Origin: an uncultured Planctomycetota bacterium
GTDB taxonomy: Bacteria > Planctomycetota > Planctomycetia > Pirellulales > Lacipirellulaceae
DNA length: 64,000 nt
Assembly (NCBI GenBank): GCA_963719315.1
Contig: CAVRBU010000004.1
Location: 775,944 to 839,943, forward strand
Direction of reading: 5' to 3'
Shown: one piece after another, positions 51,486-62,159 of the stretch
Numbering within the stretch: the first letter of the stretch is position 1
Layout: each line of letters starts with the position of its first letter
Position numbers and translations under genes: made by a program
The notes under the pieces: model-generated
What the model was told of the DNA's origin: nothing
The model's database searches: none
The model's input: only the letters and a program-made list of their open reading frames with translations

Positions 51486-51568
51486 GTCAAGCGTCAGGCG
51501 ATAGTTCGACTCACGCCTCGGCCGCTGGATTGGAAGTTGGAGGGCATCCGGAATACAGGCGTGGTCTT

Positions 51569-53767
51569 TCAGGGCCCGGCTTCCTGAGAATCGGCCGCAT
51601 GTGTCTCCGCCGCGCGGTTTGCCAGACAGGCGAGCGCGATGCGGATTCGCTCGTAGGGGATGCTGCCGTCGAGTTCGTCGAATATTGGGCGGAGCCGTTC
51701 TGTGCCGACATTCTGTGCCGCCGATTCAATTCGCTCGAGTTCTTCCGGCAAGATCCATTGCGTCGCATCGGTTACTTGCCGATGGCGGATGTATGCTTCG
51801 AGGTAGCCCAACGTCGTTGAGGTGGCTCGACCGAGGCGCTCGGCGGCTTGCTCGACGGTTAGCCCTTCGTCAAACAAGGGGAAGGATTGTACGGCGCTTG
51901 CCGATGGCGTTGACGGCGGCGCTGGCCGTGGGGCGGCGGCTTGGGGCGCGGCGTCCATATTCAGCTCGCTCGCTTCACAATAGGAAGTGATGCAATCCAG
52001 GAACGGTTGGCCGACATCTGCGAGTTTCTTTTGGCCGACGCCGCGGATTTCCAAGAGTGCCGACGATGTGGAAGGACGTTGCCGCGCCATGTCGCGGAGC
52101 GTCGCGTCGCCGAACACGATGTACGCCGGCACGCCGCGTTTGTCGGCCACTTCACGCCGCAGTTGCCGGAGCGCATCGAACAGTTCGCGATCGACGCCGT
52201 CCCAGGAATCGACGAAGGAGGCGGACGATTGGGCTCGTCCCTGCCTGGTCGGTTGCAACAGGGTGGGCTCACAATCGCCGCGCAGCAATCTGCGTCCTTC
52301 GACCGTCACGTGTACAATGTTGTACTCGCCCTCCTTACAAAGAAACCCCTGGTTGACGAGCTGCTCGATCCACTGCCGCACGACCTGGCGGCGAAACTTG
52401 CCGAGCAGGCCCCACGTGCTGAGCTTGTCGTGCCCGGCCGAAACAATTCGTTCGTCGCGTGAACCGATCAGCACCAGCGAAACGTAATCGGCGCCGAACC
52501 GCTCCTGCACGCGGAGCACGCACGACAGAATCTTTTGGCCGATGATGAGTGCGTCATCGACGACTTCGAGCTTGCCCAGGCACACGTCGCAAGCGCCGCA
52601 TGGTCCGCGGTCCCACGCTTGACCGAAGTGCTCCACCAAGGCGGCGTGCCGGCAGGTGACCGCGGTTGCGTAGTTGTTCATTTTTTCCAGCGCCGTCATC
52701 GCCGCCGGACGAGCTTCGCCGGGTGTGCTGTCGAGCATTCGCTTCCAGGTCCTCAAGTCGCTGCCGGAATGGAGCAGCCAACATTCGGCCTCGACGCCAT
52801 CTCGCCCTGCTCGGCCACTCTCTTGTTGATAATTCTCCAGCGACTTGGGCATGCCGGAATGAACGACGTAGCGGACGTTCGATTTGTCGATGCCCATTCC
52901 AAACGCGATCGTGGCCACGATCGTGTCGGCACGCTCGGTCAGAAACGCCTCTTGATTGCGAATTCGTTCGTCATCGCCCAGGCCAGCGTGATACGGCAGC
53001 GCCGAGTATCCCATCTCGCGGAGAACGGCTGTGGTTTTGTCCACTTCGGCCCGCGTGATGCAATACACGATGCCGGATTGGCCGCGGTAGCGATCGATCA
53101 CTTGGCAGATTTGCCCCAGCCCGCGCTCGCGGTGGGCAACGTGGTATTGCAGATTGGGCCGGTGGAAATCGCCGATGACGACTTCAGGTTCGTGCAGGCC
53201 GAGCTGCTGGACGATGTCGCGGCGAACGTTTTCGGTCGCCGTCGCCGTATAGGCGTGCAACGCTACGTTCGGGAAGCGATCGCGGAGCGTTCGCAGGGCG
53301 CGATACTCCGGCCGGAAGTCGTGGCCCCAGGCGCTGATGCAATGCGCCTCATCGATCGCGAAGAAACTGACGTTCTGATTAACCAGGAAATCGAGCGTCC
53401 GCGGCGTAACGAGTCGCTCGGGGGACATGTACAAGAGACTCAGTTCTCCGGACTCGACTTGCCGCGCAACGCGTCGCTTGTCGTCCGCCCCATGCGTGCT
53501 GTTGACGGCTGCGGCAGGCACGCCGCAGGCCACGAGGCCATCGACCTGGTCCTTCATGAGTGCGAGCAACGGCGAAACCACGACGGCGACGCCCTCGCGG
53601 CACAGGGCTGGCGCCTGGTAACACAGCGACTTACCGCCGCCGGTCGGCATCACGACCAGCGAGTCGCGATCGTCGAGCACGCTCTGGATCGCCTCGCGCT
53701 GCAGCGGCAGGTACTCGTCGAACCCCCAGTACTGCTTAAGAACTTGTTGTACGGCATCCTGTGCCAT
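51569..53767 (-). CDS. recQ: ATP-dependent DNA helicase RecQ
   Basis: MPTGGGKSLCYQ; IDEAHCISAWGHDFRPEY; ATIAFGMGIDK; QESGRAGRDG; Zn-binding CR...CGACDVC; RQC and HRDC (PAYIVFGDATL). Confidence 0.97.
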   Translation of the reverse strand: MAQDAVQQVLKQYWGFDEYLPLQREAIQSVLDDRDSLVVMPTGGGKSLCYQAPALCREGVAVVVSPLLALMKDQVDGLVACGVPAAAVNSTHGADDKRRVARQVESGELSLLYMSPERLVTPRTLDFLVNQNVSFFAIDEAHCISAWGHDFRPEYRALRTLRDRFPNVALHAYTATATENVRRDIVQQLGLHEPEVVIGDFHRPNLQYHVAHRERGLGQICQVIDRYRGQSGIVYCITRAEVDKTTAVLREMGYSALPYHAGLGDDERIRNQEAFLTERADTIVATIAFGMGIDKSNVRYVVHSGMPKSLENYQQESGRAGRDGVEAECWLLHSGSDLRTWKRMLDSTPGEARPAAMTALEKMNNYATAVTCRHAALVEHFGQAWDRGPCGACDVCLGKLEVVDDALIIGQKILSCVLRVQERFGADYVSLVLIGSRDERIVSAGHDKLSTWGLLGKFRRQVVRQWIEQLVNQGFLCKEGEYNIVHVTVEGRRLLRGDCEPTLLQPTRQGRAQSSASFVDSWDGVDRELFDALRQLRREVADKRGVPAYIVFGDATLRDMARQRPSTSSALLEIRGVGQKKLADVGQPFLDCITSYCEASELNMDAAPQAAAPRPAPPSTPSASAVQSFPLFDEGLTVEQAAERLGRATSTTLGYLEAYIRHRQVTDATQWILPEELERIESAAQNVGTERLRPIFDELDGSIPYERIRIALACLANRAAETHAADSQEAGP

Positions 53768-53785
53768 GTTGCGGCTCGGCGTCGT

Positions 53786-53974
53786 TTACTTCTGTTCTTC
53801 CGGTCCGCGGGTAGCTGCAAAATAGATCACATAGAACCAGGTAAAGATACCGGCCAGAATTGCCCAGAGGATCGAGCGGTTGCGCTCCCAGGAGCAAACC
53901 ACGGCGATGATGGTGCCTAGCCCATAGCCGGTTACGACGGTCGTCGAGTTGGCGTCGGCAAGTAAAGGTTCCAT
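53786..53974 (-). CDS. Small membrane protein (62 aa)
   Basis: MEPLLADANSTTVVTGYGLGTIIAVVCSWERNRSILWAILAGIFTWFYVIYFAATRG; two hydrophobic segments. Confidence 0.75.
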   Translation of the reverse strand: MEPLLADANSTTVVTGYGLGTIIAVVCSWERNRSILWAILAGIFTWFYVIYFAATRGPEEQK

Positions 53975-53990
53975 AGACGTTTCCCTGGTG

Positions 53991-54515
53991 TTAGATGATA
54001 GGCGTGCCGCAGTGATCGCAGAAGCGGGCGTCGGAGTCGTTTTCTTCGCCGCATTTGGCACAGTGCTTCGAGGTAGTAACGGGCGAGCCGCAGGCGCGGC
54101 AGAAGCGGGCGTCGGCGTCGTTGGTTGCACCGCATTTTTGACAGCGCGTGGCGTGAGTTGACTTCGCGGCGGCGAAGCCCTCGCCGAGGGCGGTTGCAAC
54201 GTCGCGAATCGAGTCGCGGGTGCCCTCGACCATGTAATTCGTCATGTCTTTGGCGACCGGAGTCCCTTCGCCGGCCAGATAGCGAGATATGGCGCCTAGA
54301 TATCCGAACTGTGATATTCCCAGGCCGGCCCCTAACAGCGGCAGTCCAATAAACGCACACCAGAAGAATCGCGGCGGACCGCCGCCGCCGAACGCGGCAA
54401 AGAAGCTGATCAAGCCGATGATCGTAAGGAGCAGGCCGATACCGGCGATCGCCGGGCCGAGAACTCGGAGGGCCGAACGTACTTCATTGTGACGTGGGTC
54501 GATCAAATCACTCAT
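53991..54515 (-). CDS. Membrane protein with double zinc-ribbon domain
   Basis: Two TM helices, then CQKCG..ND.DARFCRACG and CAKCG..ND.DARFCDHCG. Confidence 0.88.
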   Translation of the reverse strand: MSDLIDPRHNEVRSALRVLGPAIAGIGLLLTIIGLISFFAAFGGGGPPRFFWCAFIGLPLLGAGLGISQFGYLGAISRYLAGEGTPVAKDMTNYMVEGTRDSIRDVATALGEGFAAAKSTHATRCQKCGATNDADARFCRACGSPVTTSKHCAKCGEENDSDARFCDHCGTPII

Positions 54516-54793
54516 AATTGCTTCCCAGTTTGGCGGGTGTGCTGGAATGCAGAATACCGGCGCGCGCCGGTTGGGTACAACACCCTGGCTGTATTCGCTG
54601 TGAGGCGGGAAAAATTCCGGGAAATCCGATAAAATCGCCAAACTCCATGACGGTGGAAGGTTTCACGGCAGGTTTGTATTTAAGTAGTTTACGCACGCCG
54701 CACACAGTTGGCCCGATTCCGAGTATATTGAATTTCGCGCCCGCGCGGCTGGGTCGTTTGCGTGGATGCGAACCCGAGATCTTCGGAGCTAAC

Positions 54794-56446
54794 ATGTCCC
54801 ATCGTTTGCGTTTTGTTGTTGTGCTGTCGGTTTTTGGCAGCGGGTTTTTGGCCAACTTAACTGGCGTCGTGGCCAAAGATTATTTTCTCACAATCGGCGG
54901 CGGATACGATGTAACGGGCAACCAGATTTCGCTGGAAAAGAATGTCTTGTTTCAACAAGCGGTGCTCGCCGCACAACGTCCCGACAAGCCGCCCTACGAA
55001 GTTTGGTTCGCCGACGGCAACGATCCGCACCCCGATGTTCAATGTCGCGATCCGGAGTTTGAAGAGAAGTGTCCGGTCGCGCGGCGGATGCTGGCGGAAG
55101 TGTTGGGCGACGCCGACTCGATGGACCTTGTCTATCGGACGAACGAGGTGCCGGGTTTGGAAGGCCCCTCGGATCTAAAGGCGGTACGAGAGCGATTTCG
55201 CAAGTTGGCGAGTGAGGTGAAGCCGGGCGACCGCGTGATCATCTATTTCGCCGGCCACGGCGGCCGGGCAAAGCGACCCGGCGGTGGTCGTCGCACGAGT
55301 ATGCCCGCGCAAAACCCTTACAACACGTGCTTCTATTTCTGGAACACCGAGGCAGTGACGGCGAGCGAGTTCACCGGGTGGCTCGATCGTTTTCCGCGCA
55401 ATGCGGAAGTGGTGCTGGTGATGGTCCAATGTTACGCGGGCGGCTTTGCGCACACGATCTTCGACCAGGCCGATGCCGAGAAAGGATTGTCGGACCACGA
55501 ACGATGCGGATTCTTCGCCCAGGTTCACGACCGCGGCGCCGCCGGCTGCACGCCCGACGCAAACGAGGCCGACTACGAGGAGTACAGCAGCTTTTTTTGG
55601 GGTGCCCTGGCCGGCAAATCGCGCAGCGGCAAAACAGTCGATACGGCCGACTATAACAAGGACGGTCAGGTGTCGTTCGCTGAAGCCCATGCATACGCAA
55701 TGATCGAAAGCAACACGATCGACGTTCCAGTACGCACTTCTGGCGCCTTGCTGCGGAAATACAGCCAGGTCGGCCGGCCGACTAAGAAGCGTGATGCAGG
55801 AGCTATTGCGAACAAAGACGAAAATGCGGAAGCGAACGATGTCGAGTACGCCGAGATGCAGGGCCCGCTGGCTACGTTGATGGAGTTTTGTCGCTCCGAT
55901 CGTCGCGCGATTTTGGAACAACTCCCCGAGAAGCTCGGGCTTGGGACGCAGCCGACGGTGGAGGACGTGCAGAAGAGGCTAAGGGGCTTGAAGGACAAGA
56001 TTGCCACCGCAAATGAGAAACTCGCCGCCGCCACGAAAACGCGTCGCGACGAACTCAAGAAGTTGCGGACCGAAATCTATAAAACCTGGCCTGAGTTGCG
56101 GGCCGAGTACGCTCCGTTGGCGATCGAATTGGCAACGGATCGGGCCGATGGATTTGTGAATCGCGTTAAGGGGATGCCCGATTACGCGGCGTTGGGCGAC
56201 GCGAAAAAGATGGAAGATTCGCTGTCGAAGGCGTTTCTGCAACTGGAGCGCGAAAAGGCCGGCTGCGAGCGACTGCTCGAAACGTGTGAGGATGCGGTGT
56301 TGGCGGCGAATTTGCCTCGCGTCGCCAAGCCCGAAATCGTGGCGCGGTACGAACAGCTCCTATCGATGGAAGAAGGTACGCTTGCGGAATCGGTGAAAAG
56401 CGAGACACCCCCAAAAAACCAAACGACCGCGAGTTCTGAACAGTAG
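54794..56446 (+). CDS. Secreted caspase/hemoglobinase-fold (C13/C14-like) peptidase with coiled-coil C-terminus
   Basis: Signal peptide from ATG 54794; IYFAGHGG and VMVQCYAGGF (His-Cys dyad); DYNKDGQVSFAEAH; helical tail. Confidence 0.75.
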   Translation: MSHRLRFVVVLSVFGSGFLANLTGVVAKDYFLTIGGGYDVTGNQISLEKNVLFQQAVLAAQRPDKPPYEVWFADGNDPHPDVQCRDPEFEEKCPVARRMLAEVLGDADSMDLVYRTNEVPGLEGPSDLKAVRERFRKLASEVKPGDRVIIYFAGHGGRAKRPGGGRRTSMPAQNPYNTCFYFWNTEAVTASEFTGWLDRFPRNAEVVLVMVQCYAGGFAHTIFDQADAEKGLSDHERCGFFAQVHDRGAAGCTPDANEADYEEYSSFFWGALAGKSRSGKTVDTADYNKDGQVSFAEAHAYAMIESNTIDVPVRTSGALLRKYSQVGRPTKKRDAGAIANKDENAEANDVEYAEMQGPLATLMEFCRSDRRAILEQLPEKLGLGTQPTVEDVQKRLRGLKDKIATANEKLAAATKTRRDELKKLRTEIYKTWPELRAEYAPLAIELATDRADGFVNRVKGMPDYAALGDAKKMEDSLSKAFLQLEREKAGCERLLETCEDAVLAANLPRVAKPEIVARYEQLLSMEEGTLAESVKSETPPKNQTTASSEQ

Positions 56447-56467
56447 GTTTCTTGCGACGGAGTTCGC

Positions 56468-57961
56468 ATGACGTATTTGATGGCCTTCGATCAGGGCACG
56501 ACAACGTCGCGGGCGATTATCTTTGCCGGCTCCGGCGAGATCGTCTCCGTTGAACAGCGCGAGTTTCACCAGCACTTTCCACAACCGGGTTGGGTCGAAC
56601 ACGACGCCGAGGAGATTTGGACCAGTCAGCGCGACGTGGCCTGTGAGGCGCTAGCAAAAGCCAAGCTGAAGGCGACCGATATCGCGGCGATCGGCATTAC
56701 CAACCAGCGCGAGACGGTTGTGGTGTGGGACCGCTCGACGGGCGCCCCCATCCATCGCGCAATCGTGTGGCAGGACCGGCGCACGGCGGCCGTTTGCGAC
56801 CGGCTGCGAGCCGAAGGCCGCGAGCCGATGGTTCGCGCCAAGACGGGCCTCTTGCTCGATCCGTATTTCAGCGCGACCAAGATCGCGTGGATCCTGGATC
56901 ATGTTGATGGAGCGCGGGCTGCAGCCGAGGCGGGCAAGTTGGCCTGCGGCACGGTCGATAGCTGGCTCATTTATCGGCTGACCAGTGGCAAGGTGCACGT
57001 TACCGATGTCTCGAATGTCTCGCGCACGCTGTTCATGAACATTCATAATGGGGATTGGGACGATGAGTTGCTGAGTTGTTTCAACGTGCCGCGGGCGATG
57101 CTGCCGGAGATTTGCTCGTCGAGCGAAATTTATGGCGAAGTGGACGCCGTGTCTGACCTCAACGGCCGGCCGATCGCGGGTATCGCGGGGGACCAGCAGG
57201 CTGCATTGTTCGGGCAGGCGTGTTTCACCAGAGGCACGGCCAAGAACACGTACGGCACCGGCTGCTTTATGTTGATGAACACGGGCACGCAATCCGTTGA
57301 TTCGCAGAACAAGCTGCTGACGACGGTGGCCTGGAAGGTCGATGGCAAGCTGGAGTACGCGCTCGAAGGGAGCGTGTTCGTGGGCGGTGCAGTCGTGTCT
57401 TGGTTGCGGGATGGCCTGGGGATCATCAAGTCGTCTTCCGAAGTCGAGGCGTTGGCTCGCTCGGTGCCGGATAGCGGCGACGTTTATTTGGTGCCAGCGT
57501 TCACGGGTTTGGGTGCGCCGCATTGGGATCCGTATGCCCGCGGTGCGATCGTGGGGATCACGCGCGGCACAACGGCGGCCCACATCGCCCGGGCCGCGGT
57601 CGATAGCGTGGCGCTGCAGGTGGCCGATCTGGCGGATGCGATGCGGAATGACGCCGGAAACGCCCTTGCGGATTTGCGAGTGGACGGCGGGGCGAGCGTC
57701 AACAATGCGCTGCTTCAGTATCAAGCGGACATCATGCAGCTCCCCGTCGTGCGGCCCAAGATCACTGAAACCACGGCACTGGGCGCGGCGTATTTGGCAG
57801 GTTTGGCGGTCGGCGTTTGGAAGAGTCGGGATGAAGTTGCGCGGCATTGGCAGGTGGATCGAAGATTCGAACCAAGAATGTCGGCCGACCAGGCGGCGAC
57901 GACTCGGGCCCGCTGGGCGGATGCGGTCGAGCGCTCGCGCGGTTGGGCCAGGAACGAGTAG
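56468..57961 (+). CDS. glpK: Glycerol kinase
   Basis: [58 protein letters not shown]. Confidence 0.98.
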   Translation: MTYLMAFDQGTTTSRAIIFAGSGEIVSVEQREFHQHFPQPGWVEHDAEEIWTSQRDVACEALAKAKLKATDIAAIGITNQRETVVVWDRSTGAPIHRAIVWQDRRTAAVCDRLRAEGREPMVRAKTGLLLDPYFSATKIAWILDHVDGARAAAEAGKLACGTVDSWLIYRLTSGKVHVTDVSNVSRTLFMNIHNGDWDDELLSCFNVPRAMLPEICSSSEIYGEVDAVSDLNGRPIAGIAGDQQAALFGQACFTRGTAKNTYGTGCFMLMNTGTQSVDSQNKLLTTVAWKVDGKLEYALEGSVFVGGAVVSWLRDGLGIIKSSSEVEALARSVPDSGDVYLVPAFTGLGAPHWDPYARGAIVGITRGTTAAHIARAAVDSVALQVADLADAMRNDAGNALADLRVDGGASVNNALLQYQADIMQLPVVRPKITETTALGAAYLAGLAVGVWKSRDEVARHWQVDRRFEPRMSADQAATTRARWADAVERSRGWARNE

Positions 57962-57983
57962 GCGGATGCCGATTGCGGTTTTT

Positions 57984-58033
57984 GGATTTCGGATTGCGGA
58001 TTGTTTCCGATTTCAATCCGCAATCCGAAATCC
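57984..58033. repeat. Heptamer-built perfect inverted repeat between glpK and glpF
   Basis: GGATTTCGGATTGCGGATTG (57984-58003) / CAATCCGCAATCCGAAATCC (58014-58033); 20-bp stem, 10-nt loop. Confidence 0.92.
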
Positions 58034-58055
58034 GAAATAGTCGAGACTGAATCCA

Positions 58056-58871
58056 ATGCATGTGTATCTGGCTGAGTTGGTCGGGACGGCTTTGCTCGTA
58101 TTACTCGGCAACGGCGTGGTGGCAAACGTCGTGTTGCCGAAGACCAAAGGCAACGGCTCGGGGTGGATCGTCGTCACGTTTGGTTGGGCCATGGCGGTGT
58201 TTGTGGGCGTGTGGTGCGTCGAGGCAATCAGCGGTGCGCATCTGAATCCGGCCGTGACGTTTGGCCTGGCGCTCGCAGGCAAATTTGCTTGGGGACAAGT
58301 ACCCGGCTACGTCGGCGCTCAGTTGATAGGGGCGATCGCCGGAGCGGTGGTCGTGTTCCTCTTCTATTTTGATCACTACACGGAATCGGACGATCCGGAC
58401 GCGAAGCTGGCCACGTTCGCCACGTCGCCAGCGATTCGCAATCCGCTCCGCAATTTATTCAGCGAAGCGGTCGGCACGTTTGTGCTGGTGTTCGCCGTGA
58501 TGATGGCGGTTGCGCCTTCGATCACGTGGACGAGTCTCTCCGAGACTCGCGATTCGCGCCTCGAAGAGACGCAACCACGTGAGGGTGACTCCGATGCCGC
58601 GCCCGCTCCGAAAATCGGGCTCGGCACGCTCGGTGCGTTGCCCGTTGGGCTGTTGGTCCTGGCAATCGGCCTGTCGCTCGGCGGCACGACGGGTTACGCA
58701 ATCAACCCGGCCCGCGACTTAGGCCCGCGGCTCGCCCACGCACTGCTCCCGGTCCCCGGCAAGCGCGACAGCGACTGGGCGTACGCCTGGGTGCCAGTCG
58801 TGGGGCCGCTGATCGGTGCCGCGTTGGCGTTTGTGCTACATCTATTTTGCAACGCAGATGTGGGACTCTAA
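58056..58871 (+). CDS. glpF: Glycerol uptake facilitator (MIP/aquaglyceroporin)
   Basis: SGAHLNPAVT and GYAINPARDLGPR; adjacent to glpK. Confidence 0.96.
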   Translation: MHVYLAELVGTALLVLLGNGVVANVVLPKTKGNGSGWIVVTFGWAMAVFVGVWCVEAISGAHLNPAVTFGLALAGKFAWGQVPGYVGAQLIGAIAGAVVVFLFYFDHYTESDDPDAKLATFATSPAIRNPLRNLFSEAVGTFVLVFAVMMAVAPSITWTSLSETRDSRLEETQPREGDSDAAPAPKIGLGTLGALPVGLLVLAIGLSLGGTTGYAINPARDLGPRLAHALLPVPGKRDSDWAYAWVPVVGPLIGAALAFVLHLFCNADVGL

Positions 58872-59271
58872 TTCGTGAGACTCTTTGAATCGTGGGCGTT
58901 CTTGAATTCTGGGAATTGGTCATTTCGCGACCAGATATCGCAAGTCGTTGCGGCATTTCAGTTTGAACGCGTTTCGCGACGTTGCGCGAGAAAACGTATT
59001 TTTCGGGACTGAATTCAAATCTCCCGGGATCTGAACTACTTGCTGTCCCAGATTTGCGCTAAGTGGGTGGCAAAAAACAGCTGCCATCTCGTCAGCACCG
59101 ACTCAAGATGCGTCGACACGCAGTTGGACGAGGTCAATGTGTGTTGCCAAAGAACGAGCGCAGGACCGCACTTTGGACTATAACTTGAAGCAGTGGTCGA
59201 TTCCACAACTTTTTTGGCCGTGCGGGTGGACACAGCTAGATTGGTGCGACGGAAAATTATTTGCCTTCGGC

Positions 59272-59463
59272 TTAACGCCGGATCAAAGCAACCGCTAAGC
59301 CCAGAATCAACGCGACCACCGTTGTGGCGATCAGCAAGTCACGAATGCTAAAGTGTGTTGAACGGTTGAGCAACCATTCGGTGCCAATGACGGTCCCTAT
59401 CGCCAGAAAAAATAAGACAATCGGAAAAACAATTGCCAGCACGACAATTAGAGCTGTCTCCAT
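59272..59463 (-). CDS. Small membrane protein with FSIRDLL motif
   Basis: METALIVVLAIVFPIVLFFLAIG...HFSIRDLLIATTVVALILGLAVALIRR; two TM segments, and a motif common in small planctomycete proteins. Confidence 0.65.
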   Translation of the reverse strand: METALIVVLAIVFPIVLFFLAIGTVIGTEWLLNRSTHFSIRDLLIATTVVALILGLAVALIRR

Positions 59464-59899
59464 GTTCCTGCTCTTACGCTTCCACAACCCGCGTTATGAG
59501 TTCTACCATCATCGAAGACTCATTGGTCGACACGCAGGCCATCACTGCCGTTCGATGATACAACGCTTTGTGCTTCTCAGCAAATTTATGCCACGCAGCA
59601 AAGTTGGCTTGTACGGTCGCCTGAAGCGTCAGTCTAGTCGGGCGCTGCTTGTCCGCTACTCATGTTGCTTTTTGGCGGTGGAGCGTGTGTTGTTCTTGTA
59701 GCAGATTGCTTAGCGGCCGGCACGCAATGGCACGTATTGTGAAAAACCTGTGCGATGACAGAATAGGTCGGGTCGGCTACAATAGCGATGGGCGAACCTT
59801 GCCCTGCCCCGTTGCGAAATCGTTGCGGAGCGAATCTGCGTCACGCTCGCCCTTCCCCAGGGCGATTTGATACCCTACCCCCAACCGGCGTGCGCGTTG

Positions 59900-62063
59900 A
59901 TGAATGTGATCGGTCATCACCGAGCGTGTTCGAGAGCCAGTCTTGCGGCTGGTATTGCGTGCATGTTGTCGTTTGGTCTCGCCGCACGCGGCTACGCGGA
60001 TGAAAGCGTGGCCGCGGAGCATTTTCACAAACGCGTCGAGCCGATTCTGGAGACTTACTGCTTCGGTTGCCACGGGTACGGTGCGCACGAGGGGGGCCAT
60101 GCGTTCGATGAATTCAAGTCGGATAAGGAGCTGGTCGGCGACATCAAGCTGTGGCTGGCGGTGCTCAAAAATGTGCGGTCGGGGGTGATGCCGCCGCCGG
60201 AGGAATTGAAACCGAACGACAAGGAGCGACGCCAACTTTTTGAGTGGATCGAACGCGATGTGTTTGGGACCGATCCGGCGGATCCCGATCCGGGGCGCGT
60301 CACGTTCAGGAGGCTGAATTGGGTGGAGTATCGCAACACGGTCCGCGATTTGACCGGCGTCGATTACGACACGTCGAGCGAGTTTCCGCCGGATGATTCG
60401 GGCTACGGCTTCGACAACATCGGCGATGCGCTGAGCGTGTCGCCGCTGCTTATGGAAAAGTATCTTAACGCGGCGCGGGCGATCGTGGCGAAAGCGGTGC
60501 CGGGTGCGCCGCCGGATAAGAAGGACAAGGCCGCGCATGAGGCCTATCGCCGTTTTTTTGTGGACGGGCCGCCGCCGGAGGACGCGGCGAAACGCGAGGC
60601 GTACGCGCGCGAGATTCTCGCCCCGTTCGCACGACGCGCGTATCGCCGGGCGGTTGATGATCGCACGATGGATCGGCTCGTGGCATTGGCTAAAGCGACA
60701 TATTCCGCGCCGGTACAATCGTTCGAGTCGGGAATCGGGGCCGCAATGGTGGCTCTGTTGGCGTCGCCGCGGTTTTTGTTTCGCGTGGAGGAGAGTGCTG
60801 CGAAGTCGGCCGACGAACGGTATCCGCTCGTCGATGAATATGCGCTGGCCTCGCGGTTATCGTATTTCTTGTGGTCCACAATGCCGGATGAAGAGCTGCT
60901 CGAGCTCGCCGAGCACGGTGAGTTGCGGGCGAACCTCGCCTCACAGGTTGACCGGATGTTGAAGGATCCGCGGTCCGAGGCGCTGGCCGGGAACTTCGCC
61001 GGCCAATGGCTGCGGGCTCGCGATATCGAGCATTTGGATATTGATCCAGTCGGCGCATTGGGGTTGCAGCCCGAATTGGACGAGTTGCAGGAAAAACTAA
61101 TCAGACTTCGCCGCGAGCGCGAACGACCGCGCGATTCGGGCGACAAGCAGACAGACGGGGACAAAAAAGGGCGCGGAGGCGCCACGCGACCAGCGTTGGC
61201 AGGAGCGCGAGCGGATTCGCGACGAATATCGCCGACTAAAAGCGGTCGGCGAGATGTTCGACGACGAGCTGCGGCGGGCAATGCGCGACGAAACGGAGCG
61301 ATACTTCAACTACGTCGTGCACGAGGACCGGAGCGTGATCGAGCTGGTCGATAGCAACTACACTTTCTTGAACGCGGCGCTCGCCAAGCACTATGGCATT
61401 GATGGAGTGACGGGCGACGAGATGCGGCGCGTCGAGCTGCCGGCCGACAGTCCGCGGGGAGGCGTGCTTACGCAGGCCACGATGCTGGCGGTGACGTCGA
61501 ACCCGAATCGGACGTCGCCCGTGAAGCGTGGGCTGTTTATTTTGGAAAACGTATTGGGCTACCCTGCGCCGCCCCCGCCGCCACCGAATGTGCCGCTGCT
61601 AGAGATGGCGGAAACGGGAATCCACGATCATCGGCCAACGGTCCGCGAGTTGCAGGAGCGGCATCGCCGCGAACCGCTGTGCGCCGCCTGCCACGCTCGA
61701 ATGGACCCGCTGGGGCTGGCGTTGGAAAACTTCAACGCCTTGGGTATGTGGCGGGATACAGAGAATAAGCAGCCTATCGACGCCTCGGGAACGCTGCTGA
61801 CGGGCGAGAAATTCGACGGAATCCGCCAACTCAAGGCGATTATCAAGGACCAGCACCGGCTCGATTTTTACCGCTGTTTGACGGAAAAGCTCCTAACCTA
61901 TGCCCTGGGGCGGGGTTTAGAATACTATGACGAGTACACCGTGGACCAAATCGTGGAGCGATTGGATCGAGAGCAGGGGAAGTTTTCCGCGCTGCTGATG
62001 GGCATCATCGAATCGGCGCCGTTTCAGAAACAGCGGCGGCCGGATGCAATCGTTACAAACTAG
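59900..62063 (+). CDS. DUF1592-type planctomycete cytochrome c domain protein (frameshift in linker at about 61170)
   Basis: CFGCHG; RRLNWVEYRNTVRDL; GFDNIG; LASRLSYFLWSTMPD; second frame RGGVLTQA...RTSPVKRG...CAACH..MDPLG..LENF. Confidence 0.92.
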
Positions 62064-62159
62064 TAACTGAAGTCACAAGACTTCAGATGGCATTGGGAGA
62101 GATCGGAATTCTTGTGAATTCCGCTACGGCAGAAGCAGAAACTATGGAGAGCCGTTGTC

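Noticed and set aside
59725..59750. Sigma-54 promoter (TGGCACG) upstream of DUF1592
   Set aside because: The -12 TTGC element is missing at the required spacing.
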